A DNA stretch of 41,391 nucleotides, taken from positions 64,001 to 105,391 of IMG/VR virus record IMGVR_UViG_3300028666_000026; one strand, written 5' to 3'. Both the position numbers and the translations under genes were made by a program. Shown here in pieces: positions 27,126 to 33,964 of this stretch. The stretch comes from a virus. Positions within the stretch are counted from its first letter, which is position 1. Every line of letters starts with the position of its first letter. Below the pieces are notes generated by a model. That model did no database searches. It was not told where the DNA came from and was given only the letters and a program-made list of their open reading frames with translations.

Positions 27126-27635
27126 ATGGCAGACTTCCAGTCGTGCTTCGCATTTATGATGGCCAACGAGGACAGTGCTAACCTTCACGCACAAGTGTCT
27201 GATGCTTGTCCGCCTGGTGTGGCTGGTCCTTGTTGGGCCATCAGTGGGATTAACAGTGGCGTGTATCCTACGCAGTTCTCTGTGCTGGCTGCCGCGCCGC
27301 AAAGTGCACGTGGGCCGCTGGTAGAAGTCTTCTACAAGACGTACATCTGGGACCGATGGTTTGGTGCGGCCACTTCTACAGATTTGATGATGCGGGTGTT
27401 CGACTGCACAGTGAATCTTGGTGAGCGCAAAGCCGTTCGACTGCTGCAGCAGTCAGTACCAGACAGCTCGCTAGTACCTGACGGTCTTTGGGGTCCGGTA
27501 ACGCTGGCAGCTGTGAATGCAGCTGACCCGGTGGCTACACTGACGGCCTTCAAGGCCGCGCGCCGAGAGCACTACTTACTCAATGATGCCAATAACCCTG
27601 CTCTGTCAGCATTACTGATCAGAGCAGCTAAGTAG
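27126..27635 (+). CDS. Endolysin: GH108-type muramidase N-domain with C-terminal PG_binding_3 domain
   Basis: C-terminal RVFDCTVNLGERKAVRLLQQ...VPDGLWGPVTLAAVNAADPVATLTAFKAARREHY matches the PG_binding_3 pattern, which normally accompanies GH108. Last gene of the late operon. Confidence 0.5.
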   Translation: MADFQSCFAFMMANEDSANLHAQVSDACPPGVAGPCWAISGINSGVYPTQFSVLAAAPQSARGPLVEVFYKTYIWDRWFGAATSTDLMMRVFDCTVNLGERKAVRLLQQSVPDSSLVPDGLWGPVTLAAVNAADPVATLTAFKAARREHYLLNDANNPALSALLIRAAK

Positions 27636-27671
27636 AAGAGCCCACTGCCCAATACGGGCGGTGGGCTCTTC
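27635..27671. terminator. Strong hairpin (perfect 11-bp stem GAAGAGCCCAC/GTGGGCTCTTC, 15-nt loop with inner GCCC/GGGC pairing) between convergent operons; probable bidirectional terminator
   Basis: Seen in sequence directly after the endolysin stop and just downstream of the minus-strand DUF3310 gene. Weak U-tracts on both sides. Confidence 0.5.
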
Positions 27672-27689
27672 GTGCGTTTACGCGCCTTC

Positions 27690-28016
27690 TTAATGCTCGC
27701 GCAGCCGGAGCTTCGCAGGTGGCGGTGGCGGCTCGCGCAGTGCAGGGCCGGGCAACTTCAGCACAGCGTCCAGCTTGTCCAGGAAGCTGCGCGCTTTGGC
27801 CAAGTCCTCCAGGCCATTCTTCTGCAACCACCGAATGACGTAGCGACATATCTGCGCTTCCAGGTATGGCATGCGAGCAAATAAATCCCAGTGTTGAATT
27901 TCTCCGCCGCAGTGCGGGCATTGACCTGCACAGTTGGAGTAGTGTGACCCGCCCACCTGTGCCACCACGGCTGTATTGGCTCCCACTACGCGCACTGATT
28001 TCTTTAAGATGGGCAT
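27690..28016 (-). CDS. DUF3310-like protein (GGSHY motif)
   Basis: GGAGAAG SD. Motifs GGSHY, WDLFA, YVIRWLQKNGLEDLAKARSFL are typical of phage DUF3310 proteins. Confidence 0.5.
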   Translation of the reverse strand: MPILKKSVRVVGANTAVVAQVGGSHYSNCAGQCPHCGGEIQHWDLFARMPYLEAQICRYVIRWLQKNGLEDLAKARSFLDKLDAVLKLPGPALREPPPPPAKLRLREH

Positions 28017-28597
28017 ACAGACTTCTCCATTCTGTTGATTAGTGGTAACAACATGTCGCTGTCAGCGATCATCGCACACTCTCGCATCAAGCGTATGGCT
28101 GCCAATTGTGTGCCCTTGCGCAGCACACAATAGTTGACGCTAAATTGAGGTTGCAAATATTCGCACAAAATACGCAGTATGCGCACGCCGTCTCTGTTGC
28201 CCAACATGGCCTGCCTGGCACAATGTACAGCAGCTGCAATTGTGTCGCTGATAGTCAAAATTTGCCTCTGCGCCTCGAGTAAAGGCGTGTTGCCGAATTG
28301 TAGTTTTTGAAACCTGAATCTTGCTTCGGCTTCGTTCAACTCAGTGAGTAACTCCTTGGACAGTACCTTCTTTACCGGAGCTGGCAAATCGCCGGACCAA
28401 TACTCACCAAGGTCGTGTCGCAGCGCTTCGCGCACGAGGTAGTAGCGCTCGCTTATTGTCAGCTCTTCAGTTTCTGCAAAGTAGTCTGACAACAAAGCCA
28501 CTACCGCGCTGTGGTGTCCGTCTGTTTCATCGCCTATTTGCGGCTCTGTGTGCCAGCGCCGTACGCCTACTGCGCGCATTAAACTATCAACATTCAT
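28004..28597 (-). CDS. HD-domain phosphohydrolase (YfbR-like dNMP/dNTP phosphohydrolase), 197 aa
   Basis: ATG at 28597 overlaps the upstream TGA (ATGA). Motifs RRWHT, DGHHSAV and RHDLGEYWSGD give an H...HD...D metal-binding pattern. Confidence 0.55.
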   Translation of the reverse strand: MNVDSLMRAVGVRRWHTEPQIGDETDGHHSAVVALLSDYFAETEELTISERYYLVREALRHDLGEYWSGDLPAPVKKVLSKELLTELNEAEARFRFQKLQFGNTPLLEAQRQILTISDTIAAAVHCARQAMLGNRDGVRILRILCEYLQPQFSVNYCVLRKGTQLAAIRLMRECAMIADSDMLLPLINRMEKSVCPS

Positions 28598-29655
28598 TTT
28601 GTTCTCCGACTCACCCACTCTTGGCACGCACGCTTCCAGTCCGGCGCATCGATACCGTCCAGACACACGCCCATACTATGCTTGTCTTTCCACTTGCGAT
28701 ATGTCCAGGCAAGAAATACAGGCACCACTACTGCGTGCATAAATGGCGTCTTTAAATCCGGCACGTTCAGCGCTATGGGTTCCTGCGCAGTGGAGCGTAT
28801 CACGGCGCGCGCCCAAGGCATAAATCGGCCCAGGTCAGCGTCGAACCCAGGCTCCAGGGCTGGGCCCAATTCTGGCAATGCACCCAGGGTGTCGCACTCG
28901 TGAATGATTTGGTCTATCTTTTCTGCGCCAAACACACCAGTGTACAAGTGGAAGTTATTGCTGAATTGTCTGTACGTGCCAATAGGCACGCCCACACGCA
29001 TAGCCATGTACTCCTGTAGAAAGCTGAAGTGCACAGCATTGGCACCGTAACAGCCCCATACAATATCATTGCTGCGGTTGCAGACAGTGATGTTGAGCGC
29101 GCCGCCGCGACAATCCACGTAGGCGTGCGTATTGCATGGCACGTCCAGGCCGCCATGTGTGGCCACGTAGAAGTCTGACGCATCCATGTCGCCTACTTTC
29201 GGCAGGACGCTCAGGCCCACTAACTCCGGGTCAGGCACTGCGTTCCACATCGCCAGTACGCAGCGCCGGGAAGCCGGATTCTTCTGCAGCTCCGCCACAA
29301 TGCCTTCCAACTGATCCCACCCAAAGAAACTGCGCCAGCGCCAGCCGTAGGCGCCCCAGCTGGTGATGCCGTCATCGCTGTATTCGCGCATTTGCTTGGC
29401 GAAAAACTCAACAAATTCCACGTCATTGGCACCGCTGAGCATCCACAGCGACTCCATCAGATGGAAGAAAGGGTTGGCATCACGTGTGGGACTGAACAGC
29501 ACGCGGCTGCGTGGGTTGGTGTACTCGGTGCACACAGGACCAGGTGCCACTAGCACTGGGCCGTTGCGACTTTGTTCTTCTACGCCTGCGTGGCGTAGAT
29601 ACTCCAGGCCATATTGCAACGCTTGGTTTACGTCGTCCGTTTGAAAGCTGTACAT
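28594..29655 (-). CDS. Thymidylate synthase-family enzyme (dUMP-binding; candidate dUMP hydroxymethylase or divergent ThyA), 353 aa with ~60-aa C-terminal extension
   Basis: AAGGAGAA SD at ATG 29655. Alignable to E. coli ThyA: ESLWMLSGANDV (ELLWFLQGDTN), YGWRWR, NPASRRCVLAMWN, PCN (PCH catalytic Cys), RSND (RSCD), Asn kept in GANAVHF (PFNIASY), NFHLY (DTHLY). Confidence 0.75.
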   Translation of the reverse strand: MYSFQTDDVNQALQYGLEYLRHAGVEEQSRNGPVLVAPGPVCTEYTNPRSRVLFSPTRDANPFFHLMESLWMLSGANDVEFVEFFAKQMREYSDDGITSWGAYGWRWRSFFGWDQLEGIVAELQKNPASRRCVLAMWNAVPDPELVGLSVLPKVGDMDASDFYVATHGGLDVPCNTHAYVDCRGGALNITVCNRSNDIVWGCYGANAVHFSFLQEYMAMRVGVPIGTYRQFSNNFHLYTGVFGAEKIDQIIHECDTLGALPELGPALEPGFDADLGRFMPWARAVIRSTAQEPIALNVPDLKTPFMHAVVVPVFLAWTYRKWKDKHSMGVCLDGIDAPDWKRACQEWVSRRTK

Positions 29656-29699
29656 CTGTTCTCCTTGCTTACAGGGGTTGAGAGTGCCCACCCTTAATT

Positions 29700-30584
29700 T
29701 TACCGCGCCGCGTAGGGCTCCGCGCTAGGGTTGAAGTTCTGGCGCGGTCTACCTTCTCCACCACGTGTGCGCATGTATTTGTCAAACTCGCACAAGCAAT
29801 TTTGTAGGTTCTGCGCATCCAGACTACGCAATTCCTTGGGCAACTTGGGCAACACGTGACCACGTAGTGCCAACAATGCGCTGTGCCACTCTTGTGGTTG
29901 CCACGGAGCAGTAAGGTCTTGCCCCATGGCGCGGTTAAGTCCACGTTGTGAGCCTGGACCTGGCGCTGCGAACGTTTCCCAATCCACAGCATTGACCAAC
30001 GGCGGCACCCACTTCACGTCTGCCACCACTTGTGCGGCAAGAAAGCTGCCCATGCCGTAGTGAGATTGCAGCCAAGTGTGAAACTCTTGTAGCGTACCTT
30101 TCAGTGGAGTTTGCTTCTTAGCAGCCCACAATGGATTGAGTACGTACTTGGCTAGGTAGTCAGCTTTGGTCTCTCCATCTTTTGCTTCTATGGCGCGAAT
30201 CATGTAGGCCGAAGTCCAGGTCTTTTCACCGCGCCCTTTACGCCTGTTCATTACGCTTGTGAACTTTTTCGGACTCCACTCTACATGTTTGCCGGCAAAT
30301 ACAGCGTTAGGCATCTCATGCAGAGATTCTGGTAAGTTCACCAATCTTGCTACTGTCATGGCAAACCAAACATTTTTGTCGTGTGTGTGCGGCAGCAGCC
30401 ACTCCTTGTGGATCCATTGCGTGACACGGTCGTCCTCACGCCTGACATTGCAGAATCTGTACCGACGCAATATAGGGTCTTTTGTCCACGGCGACGGTTG
30501 ACCAGCGCAGCGCTTGGTGTGAATGCTCCAGCGTTCTGATATGAACGCGACAAATTCCTTCAGCAGTGGAAACTGTGCACTCAC
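29700..30584 (-). CDS. Hypothetical protein in the DNA-modification operon (294 aa); candidate base-modification transferase (aGPT-pyrophosphorylase-like by context only)
   Basis: GTG start with GGAGG SD, GTGA overlap with the GNAT stop. Embedded between the ThyA-like and GNAT genes. No motif I can confidently assign. Confidence 0.3.
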   Translation of the reverse strand: MSAQFPLLKEFVAFISERWSIHTKRCAGQPSPWTKDPILRRYRFCNVRREDDRVTQWIHKEWLLPHTHDKNVWFAMTVARLVNLPESLHEMPNAVFAGKHVEWSPKKFTSVMNRRKGRGEKTWTSAYMIRAIEAKDGETKADYLAKYVLNPLWAAKKQTPLKGTLQEFHTWLQSHYGMGSFLAAQVVADVKWVPPLVNAVDWETFAAPGPGSQRGLNRAMGQDLTAPWQPQEWHSALLALRGHVLPKLPKELRSLDAQNLQNCLCEFDKYMRTRGGEGRPRQNFNPSAEPYAAR

Positions 30585-31060
30585 TTGGCGGCCTCCAACA
30601 TCAATCTCCAGTACGGCACCTTGGCGCTGTTCTGTCCTTCACCCACTACTTTGAAACCCAGCTTTTTGTAGAACCTCAATCCCTGCACATTCTCCTTCTC
30701 AGAGATCAGCTCGAGCAATCCATTTGGCGAAGTTTTCATTGCGTGTTGTAACAATGCACTGCCTATGCCCTTGCGCGGTACAGAAGTGCCCACATAGTAC
30801 ACAGAAGTGTGTGGACGTTCGTAGTAGCGCAAGAATTTGTCGTAGTAAATATCAGGCTTGTGCGGTTTGCGCACGCAGTGATGCACGCATAAGAAGCCAA
30901 CAATCTTGCCCTTCTGTCGCACCACTGAGACCCAACCGCGCGTGTAGTACTCCTCCACGTTGCCCATGCCAACGCCTGAGAACCCCTTGGTGAACTTGCT
31001 CAAGGCTGACAGCTTGAGTATTTCTTTGTGCTCTGACCACTTAGCTTTTTCGATTTTCAT
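30581..31060 (-). CDS. GNAT-family N-acetyltransferase (159 aa)
   Basis: ATGA overlap on both ends. Acetyl-CoA binding motif VGTSVPRKGIGSALLQHAM and motif B RFYKKLGFK. Confidence 0.6.
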   Translation of the reverse strand: MKIEKAKWSEHKEILKLSALSKFTKGFSGVGMGNVEEYYTRGWVSVVRQKGKIVGFLCVHHCVRKPHKPDIYYDKFLRYYERPHTSVYYVGTSVPRKGIGSALLQHAMKTSPNGLLELISEKENVQGLRFYKKLGFKVVGEGQNSAKVPYWRLMLEAAK

Positions 31061-31467
31061 GCTATCAACCAAGGATGTTCTTTGGAGCGTCTGAAGTCCC
31101 ACTTCTTACCGTCGTAGTAGCGCACAAATAAGTATCTGATGCGACCCATTAAGTGCGTATGCTCCAACTCTCTGCCAAATCTTTCCGCGTACCACTTGAA
31201 CATGTGTGGGTATTGTTCGCGAGCGAATAACATAGCAGGCTCGTACACTTCCCTGCCAAATAGTTTTGATCTGGCAGCTAGCAGCTTAGTGTCGCCTTGA
31301 AAGAATTTCATTTTCACATGATCATAAAATTCTTGGAACTCTGGTTTGAACTTATACAGCCAAGGGCCTTTGTTAGTTTGATGACTTGTGCCCTTCTTTC
31401 TACTGTGCATGTGCGTCACGCCAGTGTTGTGCAACACCGTTTGAGGTGCTCCGCCTGCCTTCGTCAT
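31057..31467 (-). CDS. Hypothetical protein (136 aa) in the modification operon
   Basis: ATG at 31467 overlaps the P-loop kinase stop (ATGA), and its own stop overlaps the GNAT start. Confidence 0.4.
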   Translation of the reverse strand: MTKAGGAPQTVLHNTGVTHMHSRKKGTSHQTNKGPWLYKFKPEFQEFYDHVKMKFFQGDTKLLAARSKLFGREVYEPAMLFAREQYPHMFKWYAERFGRELEHTHLMGRIRYLFVRYYDGKKWDFRRSKEHPWLIA

Positions 31468-32027
31468 GCTTTCTCCTTCCCAAGTAGTACCTTCATAAAA
31501 TCCCTCGTAGCCGTCTTGTGTTTCAGCGTCACGCATCGCAAGCCCAGATCTTCTAGCTTTGGCCTGCTTACTTCTACTGCATGATGTTTGACAGCTGTGT
31601 TCTTCGGATCCAGTGGGCGCGTGTCACCCTTGGCAGCGCGGCGCTGGCGAATACGGTATAGGCACACCTCGAGCGGCGTGTCCAGGAAGCACACTACGCA
31701 GCTCTTCTTACGCGCTGCCATGGCGCGGCCTATATTACCTACCGACGAGCTCACCAGCGCGCCCTCGAAGAGCACGTGGCCTCTGATGGCGTATGCTTCG
31801 ACGCGCGGCCAGATCAAGTCGTAGGGCTGTATCGCGTCGCAACCGCCACACTGTGTGGCGTAGGGTCCGACGACGAACAATGGTTTCGACAAGCCAGGTA
31901 TTGTCACCTTGTAGCCTTCTGGACGCTCAGGCCTCGGGCCTATCGGCGCGCTGACATACTTCTTCAAGATATCTTGCACAATGGTGCTCTTGCCAGAGCC
32001 ATGTGTGCCCCTCACATTCAAAATCAT
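31464..32027 (-). CDS. P-loop kinase (187 aa; candidate 5-hydroxymethyl-dU DNA kinase-like)
   Basis: Walker A GTHGSGKST 8 residues from the N-terminus. ATGA overlaps at both ends. Context with ThyA-like, HD and amidotransferase genes. Confidence 0.5.
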   Translation of the reverse strand: MILNVRGTHGSGKSTIVQDILKKYVSAPIGPRPERPEGYKVTIPGLSKPLFVVGPYATQCGGCDAIQPYDLIWPRVEAYAIRGHVLFEGALVSSSVGNIGRAMAARKKSCVVCFLDTPLEVCLYRIRQRRAAKGDTRPLDPKNTAVKHHAVEVSRPKLEDLGLRCVTLKHKTATRDFMKVLLGKEKA

Positions 32028-33886
32028 TTGATCAACCCTCTCTGCACAATAGGCCACAGCCCAATCATGCGCCCGGTATCGCGTAGTACATGTTCCTTAG
32101 ACTTGTCCACCTTCGTACGCGGTGGGGTCGCCAACTCACCCAGATATTCTGGAATGATGTTCTCGTGCCTGAATTGATACAGCACATTCCAATCAATACC
32201 AGACGTGATGGGCGCGTCTCGCATTTGGTTGATCTCGTTGGCCATGCGATCGAGATAGTACGGCAGGTATCTACCCTTAGTGGGCCTGAAGAACCCTTTG
32301 TAGGCGCACAGGCATGACTCCATGAACCAGTGATCCATGCCCAGCTTGGGGTACTCACGTTGGATTTCTGTGAGTAGCTTCTCACCTTCGCCCAGCAGCC
32401 AATCCCATTCTTCCGGCAGCAGCTCCGCTTCCTTAACCTGCTGCACATCAGTGGCGTGCAAGTTCAAGGCGTATGCCAGTCCTGTGCGTGAGCTTTGTGC
32501 TTCACGTAGGAACATAGTGTCAGCCTTGATGGGCATACCCATGCAGCGGTGCAAGGCTTCCGTGTAGATATACGTGGCGTAGCGACCAAAGTGCCAAAGT
32601 GTGCGCAACTTTGCCTCCACCACACGAAAGCGTTCTTCGTCTGTCTTGCCATGCTTGAGCAGCTGCGCGAAAAACTCCTCCTGCGCCGTTGGCGTCTGCC
32701 CGCCCACTGTGTCACGGTAGCTCTCGAACATTTCTACAAAGTGACCCTTCTCATATTTGCGATCAGTGTTGTAGGCTAGCGCACGCCAATTAGCTTTGTG
32801 CCATTTGTCCAGCCGCTTCAGATCGACTTTTTCAAACTCTGGAAATTCCTGCATGACGTAGAACACAGAACCTGGGTGGTAGAACGTGCCATACAAAAAG
32901 CAAGCCCAATACTCCTGAGATTTGGAAAGTTCGTAGCGTCTGAACAAGTAGTTCATCAGTGGGTAGTTGGGATCAATCTCCCAACTGGCAATTGCCGCAA
33001 CGCAATACTGCTTGAAGGACTGGCGCAGGCGTTTGCGATGATCCGCTTGTTTGTACTTTGTCGTGTCCAGCTCTAGCGGAGCTTTGGGCTTCTTGGCTGT
33101 AAGCATCAAGCGGTTCTGGATGCTGGGTCTGGGGAAGCGTACTTCCGAAGGCTGGGCGTACTTCAGCCGGGATAGCTCCTGAGCTCCCGAGGCGGTTAGG
33201 CCGTACTCGGTGTACGGTTCGGCTTCCCACAGCTCCAAACCTCCCGCGAGCGGCTCGCCCAGGCCCTCCAGCGCCCGTAGGACGATGTCTCGAGTAGAGG
33301 CGAAGCCGGTAAGGCTCAGGGCCTTGCTGCGGAACAGCCAGAGGGGCCGGATGTGGTCGCGTATGGCCGTGACCCGGCCTTGGTCGTCGAGGAAGCCACA
33401 GGCGAAGATAGGCGGTTGTACGGTGTATATCCGGTCGAACGCGCTCGAGAGGCTTCCTCGCGCTGCCAATACACGTCGGAGGATCACCTCGGTATCGTTT
33501 GCCGAGGTAGTTTTCACGTCGTAGGCGGCTTCGTACGTCTTCTGGTCTGCCATGGAAACTAGGCCGTTGTGAACCACGGCCAATTTGCTCGTCGCCACGG
33601 GCTGATTGTTTGCGTTGTCCTGCCAGTCACCACTGGTTGAGTACCGGGTGTGGCCTATCGCCTGCATCGGGGTACTGCGCCGCAGTGCATCCCAGGCAGC
33701 GCCGCTGACCAATTCCCAAGCGGGTATCGGTGCTTTAAGTGTGCGTACTTTACCGTTGGCAATCCAAGAAGCGCCGGAAGCGTGCATACCGCGCACTCGG
33801 CTTTCCTCCATCAGCTTGGTAAAGAACTCGAAGGCAACAGGCGCGTGCGCCCGTTTACCTACTACGTATCCAACAATGCCACACAT
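32024..33886 (-). CDS. Fusion protein: N-terminal class-II (Ntn) glutamine amidotransferase domain plus ~400-aa unrecognised C-terminal domain (620 aa)
   Basis: AAGGAGAA SD 4 nt before the ATG. N-terminus M-CGIVGY (Cys nucleophile). GlmS/AsnB-like motifs RYSTSGDWQDNANNQP and VVHNGLV...NDTEVIL. No PP-loop SGGxDS motif in the C-terminal part. Confidence 0.7.
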   Translation of the reverse strand: MCGIVGYVVGKRAHAPVAFEFFTKLMEESRVRGMHASGASWIANGKVRTLKAPIPAWELVSGAAWDALRRSTPMQAIGHTRYSTSGDWQDNANNQPVATSKLAVVHNGLVSMADQKTYEAAYDVKTTSANDTEVILRRVLAARGSLSSAFDRIYTVQPPIFACGFLDDQGRVTAIRDHIRPLWLFRSKALSLTGFASTRDIVLRALEGLGEPLAGGLELWEAEPYTEYGLTASGAQELSRLKYAQPSEVRFPRPSIQNRLMLTAKKPKAPLELDTTKYKQADHRKRLRQSFKQYCVAAIASWEIDPNYPLMNYLFRRYELSKSQEYWACFLYGTFYHPGSVFYVMQEFPEFEKVDLKRLDKWHKANWRALAYNTDRKYEKGHFVEMFESYRDTVGGQTPTAQEEFFAQLLKHGKTDEERFRVVEAKLRTLWHFGRYATYIYTEALHRCMGMPIKADTMFLREAQSSRTGLAYALNLHATDVQQVKEAELLPEEWDWLLGEGEKLLTEIQREYPKLGMDHWFMESCLCAYKGFFRPTKGRYLPYYLDRMANEINQMRDAPITSGIDWNVLYQFRHENIIPEYLGELATPPRTKVDKSKEHVLRDTGRMIGLWPIVQRGLIK

Positions 33887-33904
33887 GTATTCTCCTTGCA
33901 ACAA

Positions 33905-33935
33905 AACCGCCAGCCCGATACAGCGGCTGGCGGTT
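33905..33935 (-). terminator. Intrinsic terminator hairpin (perfect 11-bp stem AACCGCCAGCC/GGCTGGCGGTT, 9-nt loop) followed on the minus strand by UUUUGUUG
   Basis: Seen in sequence 30 nt downstream of the 658-aa gene stop and immediately upstream of the modification operon. Confidence 0.5.
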
Positions 33936-33964
33936 CTTTGATCGAATTTGTTGCCCTTGTGCTA

